Shown one piece after another: positions 45,253-57,699 of a stretch of 64,000 bases of DNA. The stretch comes from Selaginella moellendorffii (lineage: Eukaryota > Plantae > Lycopodiophyta): assembly GCF_000143415.4 (NCBI RefSeq), contig NW_003314317.1:1061183-1125182 (forward strand), written 5' to 3'. The translations under genes were made by a program, and so were the position numbers. Positions within the stretch are counted from its first letter, which is position 1, and every line of letters starts with the position of its first letter. The notes under the pieces were generated by a model. It searched no databases and was not told the origin of the DNA. It saw only the letters and a program-made list of their open reading frames with translations.

Positions 45253-46398
45253 TGTAGCGCACGTGGTTTTGACCCTTTATCCTATGGTGATTTACCATAG
45301 GATAACACCACGAAGCGGAACCTAAACCCTCTTTGTGCCACGTGATAGATGCCACGTGTCACATGCCACATGTCCATGCCACGTGTCCATAGAAACCCGA
45401 GGTTCAGGGCCTTGGGCCACTGAACGAAGGAACGGTGCCAAACTCCCAAGCGTGGAGCCAAGGAGTGATGGAACCGGACCATGGAGCAACTCCCGAGCAT
45501 ACAGCCCAAGGAGCGAAGGGACAGGGGCCCAGAGCGACTTGGAATAGTCCTGGAGCAACCAGCATCCCAATGCCAAGACTAGCACGCAAAACAGAGCCAA
45601 ACGGAGTCTGGCGCTATTTCGGCATACCGGTGGCCTAACGCGAGGATATGGGTACTCCACCAACTAACATGGAATGGAACTTGGGCTTAGACCCAAGCCG
45701 GACGCAGAACAAGGACAGGCACGCAAGCGGGAGCTAGACTATGCCTCAGGTTGGTCGGCCATGCCCAACCTACCCACTATCCCTACTATACATTTGGAAC
45801 CCCCCATAGCCCCCCCCGTTGAGGAACACACGCTTTGGGCTTTCACCCCAAGCCTCCCTTAGTATCAGGAGTTAGTCTCTGGGACAAGCTTGAAACTTAC
45901 TAAATACGGAATGTCCCTAGATTGCGAATTTGGACACGGGACGAACACCATTGTGTTCAGGCCGATCTCTACATTCTGTAGATATGCCAAATGAGCAAAT
46001 TTGGACACTTTCCATAAATAGCATTTGGGACCGAAATGAGACTAACACAAAGGGCATGATAGCAAGGGTGTTTGGCAGACATGGTAAGCTATCATCTAGC
46101 GATATTGAGGGACCAATCTCAATACGCGAGGGTTCTTGTCAAGCCAGTGCAAGACAGAGCAAAAGAGAACTAACAAGCCGGGCCAAGTATGCTCAGCTAA
46201 ATAGACACTTAGGAATTCCTTCCTTATGCTCATCCGGCCAAGTACAGATGCAAAGTCCAGTTTACTAACACTTGAACAAGAGGGGCCAATAAAGGGAACC
46301 AGCAGTACCGACCTCCTGCCATCGTGGCAGTAAGGTAAGAGTGTCCGTAAGGACTAGTCGACAGGTAACTTTCGATACCCAAAGTCACATGCGTGACA
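45253..46398 (-). repeat. Complete 3' LTR (about 1146 bp)
   Basis: TG/CA ends with adjacent PPT; its 45253-45996 portion is repeated at 51400-52146. Confidence 0.8.
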
Positions 46399-49300
46399 CT
46401 CTCCCCCCCCTAGGGAAGATCGACGTCCTCGTCGATGCATACTCGAGTCTAGAATACCGCCAAGGAAACAACTCCAAAAAAAATTTCACGGTATTCACAC
46501 TATGTGAGAAATGCATCAACTTAAATGAGTTAGGAGGCAACCTCTTTGTCTAACGCGGATGCGCTACCAGCTCAGACACCTTCCGGCCGTCACCGACAAG
46601 GAAATGACCAACGGAGTCAGCCACCCTTGCTGCTCTGGGAGTCACCCAGCTTACAAAAGTGTGATATGCCCCTGCCCGCAAGGACATAGAGAGAGAAGCC
46701 AGAGGCCCCAACCCTCCTGAGCAAAAAAACCAAACCCGTCGGTAAGGTTTAGATAGACTACTGTAAACAGGCAGTTAGAGTTGTTTACACGGTCACGCCC
46801 TTTTAACGGAATAAGGAACATCGACAGAGAGGCGGGTTATGTGACCAGTCGACAGTAGCTACCCCATGACTAGAGATTTCAACATGCACACGAAGTGCCG
46901 AAGCTAGTCTGCCTATTACTGGCCCAAACTCAAAGATCATAGATGGACATTATCAAAGTCAGAGACAATGATATCTTAGAGTCTTAATTATCAGTGAATA
47001 ATCTTATATTAGAACACAAGAGTATTCCAAGGAAGTTATCATCCGATAAACTAGTAGTAGAGTATAAGAACCACCAAGATCATCATAATTGGTAAACATA
47101 GGAATCACCATCCAACAAAATTCAATAGCAAGTATATCATCAAGTAAACTCAATGATGAAACTTAACTACTGAAGATAGCAGACAGTAGGCCAACAACTT
47201 ACTAGAGATAACTCAAAGAACACAAAATATCATTGACTGACAAACACAATGCTCACGAATGTATCACCCGAAGGAAATAACATCCAAATCTATCAAAACT
47301 AACTCGAGCAACAATCAACAGAAGAGAATGAATGCGGTAAGACCAACAAACACTCAGTCTTGCCAACTATCACAAAAGCCAATCTGAATAAATCCCAGCT
47401 AACAATACTAAGGAACTTAAGTTGCCTAAGCAAGTGTTAGCAACATCCTATTGATGTCTCAAACCCAATAGACCAATCCAAAGCAAACCACAAAGAACAT
47501 GTGGTATTGCGAAAAGCCACAAGCCATCAAAGAGAACAACTAACCACCATAAAAAAATCATCAATCATTCTATCAATAAAGAGATGCATAATCATAGTTG
47601 AAGAAAGAATCTACCATTTTGAAGAATAGCAAATCATTCTATATCAACAACAATTGAGCAAAACTTTGACAAGGATAATCAACTATCCTAGATGACAGTC
47701 AATCATTACCAATGATTGCCAGATGCAAATACTAACTTCAATAGCGAAGCTAATGAGCTAAAATGCCTTCCCCAACAACTTCTAACCAATGGTCCACAAG
47801 CATAAAAACTCAAGGAACCAAAAGCTCAAAAAAGCCTATAGCCAAGTCTTTGCCTAATAATGATCACGAGTCTTGCATGAACTAACGTTAATGCTAAAAA
47901 GAAATCATGGTACAACCCACAATATCCTCTTCAACACTTCTATAAGCTAAACTTCATAATGCCAAAGCTAATGAAGAGTAGATTTGCATCAATCCAAAAG
48001 CCAAGTATAATGAAACTATGCTCAACAAGTGACCACCAAACGATCCTCCATGAATTCATCTATAACAAGACGTAACTCACTTCATAACAAGTACAAGAAG
48101 AATTATCAATGATCGATATATTTCAACTAAAATTCCATAAGGATTCAAATATTCCAATATCTATCACTAACTCTTCCACTTGTAAAGCTAGTATTATCCA
48201 CGACTAAATCACTTTCAAGGAAAAGCCGAAGCTCAACCCCTACTAAATAATCTCGTCTAGAACACAACTAACTCAAACTTGCCACTTAGTTCATTTGAAC
48301 GTCAACACAGTTGCGAATTAGCAAATGCACCAATGCCAATAACACAAAGCCATAGCCAAATCATCAATATTATCTTTATTGAGACTAATGAAACACAATA
48401 TCAATCCTAAGGAGAGACATCTCATTTCACTCGAATCTCAACATCAACAATGTCAACGACAAAGCATCACTTCAATGCCATCAACACTAGAACAAAGCTA
48501 GAAGAAAGCATGAGTGTATCACCACTCAAAACTCTCTAGCAACCAAGCTAACCAAGGTCGAAGATACTTTAGTTAGTATCCAAGACCAATCCTTCAACAT
48601 TACTCAGGTACAGATAACACTTCCTCAAGGAGTGAATCACCACATCCAAGACTCAATGAAATCCAACACCACGGACTAAATGCAACCAAATGACATCGAC
48701 AGAAGTAGAGTTGACATGCCAACATGGAAAACCCATGTAAGTCTAACAACACGATCCTCCGCAACCCCATTCGGTAAAGCAAGGCCATCACCGCTAAATC
48801 ATCATCGAGTGAAGCAAGTGTTAACAGTCCTTGAAAAAGTCTACAAGCGATCACTAGTCGCAAAGCAACCAACAATCACCTTTCAACTCGCCTTCACAAG
48901 ACCCAAACACTAAACTCACGTCATCAAGTCATACACTTGTCTAACATGAACGTGATACCCCAAATATAAGATAAAAGTTCATAGACAAGCACAAACCAAA
49001 TGACCACTCAAATCCAACTCAACCACAATAAGCTCACCAAAGCATTTAGCATATAGCTCTGAGCATGCCTTGAAGAGGCTAGCTCTACATGATCAACACT
49101 CAGCTGAAACTAAAGTGAAGACCATGAGATGGACTCATATCGGTACACAACCTTCTTATAGACAAAGCTATAGTACGGGTACCAACATCTCAAACTCAAA
49201 CAACTAAGTTGAACATCACCATCCTTAGCCAAGGCGTAGGGCCACTAAGACCAAGTCAAGATCAGTGAGAGTTCACTACTCTCATAGAGTTAGGTAGCGA

Positions 49301-51399
49301 AATGCAAAGTGCAACTTGCCACCAAGCATAACGCTACAAAAGAAAGGCACAAGTGTCACTTTTCTAGAAAAGTGCAACGGCCACTTTTCTACACTAACTC
49401 CAGACTCTATTCAACTCAATTGCCTTAGCCCCAAAAGTTAGCATCCCTTTCGGGCCGCATCATACAAACTACTTACTAAGATCTAAGCCAACCGAAGTCA
49501 ACTCCAACCCCTTCACTAGTTTGTATTGGCTTTCGAAAACGGAATGGTTTTCAGACAAAGTGATAACAGATCAGCCATTGGAAAAGTCTAAGAAAATTTG
49601 TAGAAAATTTCTATCCTAGAGAAAGAATGACTCTTAGTCCAAGAATGCAAACTTTCAAGACTCAACCAACTTCCTCCTACTTAACAACTTTCACATAGGC
49701 TCACCTCAACACAAATTCTCATGACCCATAGTATGCTTAAGCCTCGAACATCTTTCTGCCCATATATTCGATATCCAACACTGACATCCGCAAAATGCAA
49801 AATGAACATCTAAAGCTTGATCACGAAAACCACATCTTCAGATATCCATATTGCACTAACACTTTTCCTCAATCATTCTCAAGATCCAATATGAAGCCAA
49901 AACACTAACAAGAAAAATGACATGGAAAATCAAGTTCTAAGGAAAATTCCCCATCACTCGAATCAATAGTGTCACTTCCACTAACACAAATGTTAGCGAT
50001 GTTAATGCCTCAACTACACACCTTCTCCATCTAACAATCTACTCCAAGTGCTGACAAGTCATAGCAAATGAATGCTACAACCCCTTTTCCAATACCTTAT
50101 GGGCAAATCCTCAAGGAGTCAAGGAACCAACTTAAGCTTAGCATAATGGACCACCATCGAGAATCCAGTCAAAGCTACTACAATGCTACTTCGTGCAAGT
50201 AGACTAGCTTCACCATCAACCACTTTGGGGTTGATCATCATTTAACCAAGCAACTTCGTAAACACATTGCTCATTATCACATGGATATGATACAAAATCA
50301 CAATGATTTGATCATCAATTGAGCAACACCACGAGCAACACCCATGTCATTACTTCAAAGGTTTATGTGAGCATCAAGTGCCAACTCAATTCGACAAAAT
50401 GCAACATAAATGCCACACTCCACCAATAGAGATTTACAACACTGAACACCACCAACTTTTGTTCACAACACGGACAAGCTCATGCCACTCGTTTTTCGAC
50501 CAAACTCAAAACTTAACCCAACACCAAGCCACTCAAGGAGCAATAGCAAGGTTCCCCGGAAAAGAATTGAGCATTGTAACCCAAGTCTTCCAATAGCGAG
50601 TTTAGACAAAATGGTTTAACGCTTCACCGCTATCCATCCCACAACTCACCATTGTAAAACCATCATCTCCAAGATGCATCAAGGTAAGGACTCTTGATTG
50701 CATAATATGAACACGAGCAATGAGTCACACTTCGTTGCAAATCATCTCTCCAAGAAGAGAAAATGATTTACGTGTTTGATCCTTCGTCCCTGATGACTCT
50801 CTTTTTCGGTCTCATCTTTGACTAAACCTCAAGCTTGCTTTCGCACTGCCTTCAGTCAAACCTAAGAAAAGTTTATGAGAGAGCATGACAATGATTACTT
50901 GAACCAATAGACTAATCCCTACAGTCTTAGTTGATCCACTTGTAATCATGCCTAGGAAGGATCCACTAGTGCCATGCTAAACAACTATGGACTAGCCTAT
51001 TTGCTACTCATAGCAAACCCAGGGAAAGTTTGCTTTTACCCATGGTACATAGAACAACTCACGGAACCATTGGAACAACCCATGGAACGACCGATAGGCT
51101 AACATTAATCCTGCCAACTCAAAGTGTAACCTCGAGTTGCTAATGTGCCTCACACACGAGCCCAAGCGTAAACTAGTGCTAATGAAGCATCTCAAATCCA
51201 TCCTATGAACCCAAGAGCAAGCTCACATCATAAGGTACAACAAGGTAACCAAATCCATACCCAAGGAACAATTGTGAACCCTTTGCACCAAACGTGTACC
51301 CACTCGGATCATCGTTTTCATCTCTGCGTATGCAACGAGACTAGTTGCCCAATCTCATTGAATAGTACTCGCTGAGACTCATCATCCTCTGATACCAAA

Positions 51400-52146
51400 T
51401 GTAGCGCACGTGGTTTTGACCCTTTATCCTATGGTGATTTACCATAGGATAACACCATGAAGCGGAACCTAAACCCTCTTTGTGCCACGTGATAAATGCC
51501 ATGTGTCACATGCCATGTGTCCATGCCACGTGTCCATAGAAACCCGAGGTTCAGGGCCTTGGGCCACTGAACGAAGGAACGGTGCCAAACTCCCAAGCGT
51601 GGAGCCAAGGAGTGATGGAACCGGACCACGGAGCAACTCCCGAGCATACAGCCCAAGGAGCGAAGGGACAGGGGCCCAGAGCGATTTGGAACAGTCCTGG
51701 AGCAACCAGCATCCCAATGCCAGGACTAGCACGCAAAACAGAGCCAAACGGAGTTTGGCGCTATTTCGGCATACCGGTGGCCTAACGCGAGGATATGGGT
51801 ACTCCACCAACTAACATGGAATGGAACTTGGGCTTAGACCCAAGCCGGACGCAGAACAAGGACAAGCACGCAAGCGGGAGCTAAACTATGCCTCAGGTTG
51901 GTCGGCCATGCCCGACCTACCCACTATCCCTACTATACATTTGGAACCCCCCATAGCCCCCCCCCCCCTTGAGGAACACATGCTTTGGGCTTTCACCCCA
52001 AGCTTCCCTTAGTATCAGGAGTTAGTCTCTGGGACAAGCTTGAAACTTACTAAATACGGAATGTCCCTAGATTGCGAATTTGGACACGGGACGAACACCA
52101 TTGTGTTCAGGCCGATCTCTACATTCCATAGATATGCCAAATAAGC
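51400..52146 (-). repeat. Truncated 5' LTR
   Basis: About 97-98% identical by eye to 45253-45996; homology stops abruptly near 52146. Confidence 0.9.
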
Positions 52147-53773
52147 TCTATTTCGTTAAAGTGGGATTTATTCAGTAAAATGGGACTAGGTACAAATTTT
52201 CAAGTATTTGAAAATGACGTGAAATTATATGTTTTTTGTCCAGGGGCTAGACATATCTGGGGCATGGTGACTAGCGCGGTGACTTTATGTCCAGACTGTG
52301 TCCATCTGGTTGTATAATAAATCTCATTGTCAAGGTGAACAAGCCGAATCTGAAGCTAAAGAAGAGCGATGGCATGCGCGCACACACTATTTGTTTGTTC
52401 ATTGAGCGTGTGGTGAGCTTTCCAAGATGAACGTCATTCCTATTAGCCAGACATATAACTTAATGGTGAGAACATTTAGATATTATTCAATGTTATCTTT
52501 TTCTAACGAATCTAATTGTGAAGGTGTAGCAAGAGGCATTGCTAGTCTGGAGAAGTCATTTAACTCATTTGACCCTTAGTGTATTTTCATGAAACTAAAT
52601 AACATTCATATTATTAAGGAATTTCTCTAGTACCTTTTTTTTACGACATAGAGGCTTGCATTTCTTTCAAAGGTGATTTAGTAAAAGGCCTGAGGGCACA
52701 TGCCATTCTATTTCTCAGACCGGTATTAAGATATACTAGTGCAAAGGGAAAAAGGTATTTGGTGATCAAGTAAATGGCATGAGGGCACACGCCATTATAA
52801 GCCTAAGCGCTAGTAGACACCTCCTTTTTGGTACTCTCAGCGGTACTATCATCCTTCTCCGGGTCAGTTGTTTTGCTTTGGATTGTTGTCTCTGACGTTA
52901 CTGGGGCGTTCTCGATAGTTGTTAATGTTGCCGTTTGTTCAGAAAAATGATCACCTGGAGTATAGTACGGGGAGTTTGGAAGACTTATATATTCTACATC
53001 TTCACCTATCTCCTTCTCCGTCTCCTTTTCTGCCTCACTTACAGATTTTGTGCTTGCTATGAGAACGCTCTTCACCCTAAAATATGGAGTTTGTTGTGTT
53101 ATAAAAGGAAACCAACACACATGCTGCAAGGGAATGATGGTACATAAAGCACGTAAGCCCACAATATGGGTTTATGTGCCATTAATATGGGCCACATGCC
53201 ATATTATTAGATTTATGCACGTGTGATTGGTAAATGCATATGTCACATCATCTTTGTTTTACCTCACACACTATATCAGGCCTAATGAACCATATCACAT
53301 GTGCGCACATGCTATATATATGGAGAAGTATTATGCAAGGATAGAAAAATTCAATGCATGATTGTGGAGAGCAATGGCATGAAGCCACATGCTAAATAAC
53401 ATTTTAGAGAAAGAATTAAAATAAAAGTATGCAAACAGTACTGAGTGGACCAAGACTTAGAAGTGCATAATTGAATGAGGTATTTCTAATAAATATTTCA
53501 CTCACCTCATATAGGAATGGCTACCACTCTCAAATGGCGTATCACCTCATGCCATCACCTCGCAATTTGTTATAACAATCCGATGAATTCATATTCGGCT
53601 TGTTCACCTTAAACTTTAAGTAAGATTTGCTAGAACAACTAAGAATTTATACTTGTTATTTGTATCATCTCACCTAGGAATGGCGTAAGGCCACATGCCA
53701 TCACGCCTCCTCTGATTTAGATTCGGATTGTTCACCTTGAAATAAAATACATTAGAAACTTAGTAAAGGAATA

Positions 53774-56700
53774 TTAATGAATCTCACCTTGAACCCGGGT
53801 TATAAATGCTCTTGCTGCATCTCTTGCATGGTCTGGCAAGGTGATGGTGGCACTCTGCTTCCGCATCCAACCATGCACAACATTATCCACCGATATGCTC
53901 ATGCTGGGATCCCTTGGATTCAGCACCCATCTCTTTTCTAGGCAATCCTTCGTATATCCGGAACTTGGCTTGAACCACTCCACAGTTACATTGAAGGAGT
54001 TAGTTTCCGCATCCTCCTCTGCATCAGTGATGCAGTGCCCCACCCATATCATTTGTTTTTTATTACTGGGTCTGACAAGCACGACCATTCCTTTGCAGAC
54101 CTGTACTGGATTGAATGCTGAATCCGGCTTCTTGTTCCTCGGCCCACAATAGTGATCCTCAACATCGTTATCTGTCACTGCATTTCCAGAGGACATTGTT
54201 CCGCTACTATCTGGTGCTCTGGGTTCTGGCCAAAAGGACTCTTCCAATTCTTCATATACAACCGGCCCATTTTGGATAGCAGATATAATCTTCTCCCAGT
54301 ATTCGAGCAAAGGCTTGCACCTTTGAAAATAGGATTCTCCACCAAACACCAACCCCCTCTTCCAGAAGGCAATATGCTGTCTAATCCCGGCCACTATACT
54401 TTCCTGGTCTTTGAGTCCATCCGGGTGCATCGGCCGTGGGGAACCCTGAGGAATCATAGGTTCCCCAGTTATGGGATCTCTCTTGAAGAGTTCAATGCCG
54501 TCCACTGGCAGCCACACTGTGTCCCATTCTCTCATCTTGTACCTCATTACTGGAGCACCGTCACACATGCTGAAATGAAACTGAAGAGGCTTGGAGTGGC
54601 CAATCAGCGTTTCGGATCCGTCCCTGATGTAGCCTCTTACAAACCCCTTAAAGTCTGGAACCTCTGTCAGAAGTGCAGCTTCAACAGTGCCTTTGATGCA
54701 ATTTTGGAATTCATCGTAGAGTTGTGGGAGGGTGAGGACATTGGATCGCCGGAGGGACTCTGCCAGGTGACTGAACATGGCATCGACGTCTTCATGAGTG
54801 TGCCCAACCATGAGAAAGCCAAGTGTAACCGTTTCAAATATGCCTTTGGCAACAAGCATCGCCAAGTACGCGAAGACGTACATGTTTTTGTTCTCACTGC
54901 CAGCATTGTCTGTTTGGAGCAGAAGATGGGGTGGAAGGCCACATCGGCCGCAAGAACTTCCTTGAGATTCTGCTTCGTTTGGATGAGGCTGTGCATTCAC
55001 CGGGCGACCAGCCTCGTCGGAATGGCATGAGGCCTCACGTGATAACCCTACAATCTGACGGCCAACATATTCACTGGGATGGCATGGGGCCCCACGCGAT
55101 ACTGCAAGCCTTTGCTCCTCCTCCAGCTGAACCCTGTATGGGGTTCGATTGACAAGGGCCTTATGCAAGGGTTGGCCGTTCAGCTCAGTCTGCGCACTTT
55201 GCAGAAACCTTAAGTGTTTTGCTAGGGACGCAATCATCATGTTTGCACCCCCGCCACCCCATAGAGGTACAAAGAAGTTCCCATAGTTCTGGGCACCATG
55301 CCCATGAGCGATTATGCCAAACAGAGACACAGGCAGCTGCATGGATGAAGAGATTGCCTTGGGGGCAGGATTGAGTCAAGGTAAGCACGTCTTTTTCTGG
55401 TCCATTTTGTCGTGGATGATGCAGAGGTAAGAGTCAGGTCTCTCCATGGAGAGAATCCTATTATGATAATATGCAGTCCTGCAGCTTCTCTGCTCGATGT
55501 TGTGGTCGAGCCGCCTTCTAACCAACGTCTCTCGCTCTTGAGCGCTGCAAGAATTCTTCGACAAAGCCATTTTGATAGCAGTGCACTCGTCACACTTTGA
55601 AAAGCTGGAGTACTTTCCTATACTCACATCCCTGAACCTGTTGCTCCACAATCTACTAAATCTAGATTGGCTTAGCTTCCTGTAGCCATTACTCTGGAGT
55701 TCCCGATTCACATCTTCCAATATGGCCCCCTTGGTATACATGGAAGGGAGAACTCGTTGGGTGTCTCGTGTTCCATCTTCCAAGAGGCGGGTTTTATGTG
55801 GTTGTTGCTCGCTACATGTCTCGACAAACTTCTTGAAGATTGCCTTTCCATATACAACATGACCCCTGGTTTTGTGCGTACCGTCGTTCCCATGGACTGC
55901 CTGTTGAACCCTTTGTTCCTCGAACTCAGTTTTGATTCTGTAGAATGTGGTTCGAGGGACTCCATAAATGATTCTCCATGCCTTCATGCAGACCAAACCC
56001 CTCTGGAAGACCATGCCCCCCACCTGATGTTCTGAAGCATCAACAGATGACCGTAATGCCTCATACACAAAATTGCGAGCTGCCTTCCAGGACAATGTCT
56101 TGTATCTTGCTCTCTCCTCTTCAATAGCATCCCAATCAGCATGTTGACAGCACCTCCTCTTGCAACAAGCAACTGTCGAGACCATTCGAACCTCCATCGC
56201 CATTTTCTGCCTTTTCGGTTCGTTGCTCAGATCCCTTTGGCTGCGCTTTAGGAAGGTGTACTTTCTTTTCCCATGAAGAGATGTTCTGTCATCAGTTGTA
56301 GTGGTGTTTGATTGTGAATCCTTCACATTCTCAAACACTAAGTGCCTCAATTTCCACCGCACAATGCTTCCAATAGTCAGACTGTTTTCTTCTGTGTCAA
56401 CAACCTCTAAAATCGCAACTCCAATATCATCCCAGCCCAATTCTTGATTAGCAACCGCATCTCTTGGATCAACAACTGTGGCTACCACCTCCCCCTCGGG
56501 GTTGTTTAGAAACACCTTCGCCTGAATCCATGTAGCACGGTTCTTAAGATCCACGGAGGGAACATGCGTCGCACTTGCGCTGTCCCCAACATCTGCTTTC
56601 TTCTGAAGATTTTTCAAGGCAACAACAACATTTACCCCGACGACCATCTCTCCTCGTTCAATAGCGACCACATTCCCATCGAAGACAGTCTCTACTGATA

Positions 56701-56830
56701 CAGCAGCATTGCCTTCCCCAAGCCTTTGATAGTGTATAACAAAGTTCCGATCCATAGACACAAGGGTCCCTTTTGCAACTCTCTTCCCACCATTCAAAAT
56801 GTAAACCTTTTCCCCAACCCTGAAGGCCAT
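53774..56830 (-). pseudogene. Sola-like DDD/E transposase (about 1018 codons) with one in-frame TGA at 55376-55378
   Basis: ORFs 55376-56830 and 53774-55342 are in the same frame, 11 codons apart. Motifs: CCKRRC, VCMKAWRIIYGV, FSKCDEC, IIHDKMDQ, LQTDNAGSENKN, FLMVGHTHEDVDAMFS. Confidence 0.75.
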
Positions 56831-57194
56831 TCTGAAAGTGCAAAAAAGAAGTTAAGACTATACAAAAAATGATTGGAGAATGGCCTAAATCATAACATAT
56901 CAAACAACCTCAATAGCATGAGGCCACATGCCATTATTCAAACATGCTATTGACACCCACGTGAAATTTCGCATTCACAAAATTGGCATGAGGCTTCATG
57001 CCATCTTGATATACACACAGCTGCAGGCAAGTAAAAACATACATGACAATACGCTAGCCATGAAATTGCAAGGGCCCAAGATGGCATGTGGCCTCATGCC
57101 ATTTTTAAATGTGGTCCTAAGCCATTCCATGGTGAACATACCAGGAAGCACAAGTGCCGAATATCAAGAGGAAGCGGTAGCCACACCAAAGACA

Positions 57195-57270
57195 GTGCCG
57201 CTCGCAACACCGCAACTACTCGTAGCGCCGCTCGCAACAGCGCAACTGCTCATAGCGCCGCTCGCACAAA
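57195..57270. repeat. 30-bp tandem repeat (gcgccgctcgcaacaScgcaactRctcRta), about 2.5 copies
   Basis: Seen directly; lies upstream of the transposase 5' intron. Confidence 0.8.
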
Positions 57271-57699
57271 CTGCCACTCGCATAAACTGCCGCTCACAAT
57301 GGCGCTCGCAATGCCGCAACCGCTCGTAGACGCATAAACCACAGCTCACAACGCCGCTTACACAAGCAGCGCTCATTGCGCTCAGCGGAACCAAGAACAC
57401 GGCGCACAAAAATGATAGACCTAGGAATGAGTTTGAGAATTCAAAAATAACACACGCTTGAACGTCACATCAAATCCTTTGACAAACCAGATCTTATGAC
57501 TCCTCTGATAAATTTCAAACTGAGTAGCTTCTAGACTTTGCTGTCGGAGGTTGAACTTTGTCACATCATGTCCTTGCCTCGATCCAGCTGTGCCATGTCA
57601 GTGATTCGAACTTTGCCATGCCATGTCAGCGATCCACGCCAAGATTATTCGCCGTGTAAAGGAATAATTATGCTGTGTGTGTACGTCCATTTATGGCAA

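Larger units (their letters stand above)
45253..52146 (-). mobile_element. Gypsy-type LTR element with a non-coding interior (LARD-like); 5' LTR truncated
   Basis: 3' LTR 45253-46398 (TGTCAC...GCTACA on the minus strand) next to a PPT at 46399-46412; 5' LTR remnant 51400-52146; iMet PBS TGGTATCAGAG at 51387-51397; no ORF over 100 aa in the 5-kb interior. Confidence 0.88.

Noticed and set aside
45282-45862. ORFs repeated at 45.3-45.9 kb and 51.4-52.0 kb as duplicated genes
   Set aside because: They lie wholly inside the two LTRs.
45253-45973. LTR ending at ctctaca (45973/52123) as a TGTAG..CTACA-bounded 720-bp LTR
   Set aside because: Homology continues about 23 bp further and the PPT is at 46399, so the LTR is longer and the other copy is truncated.
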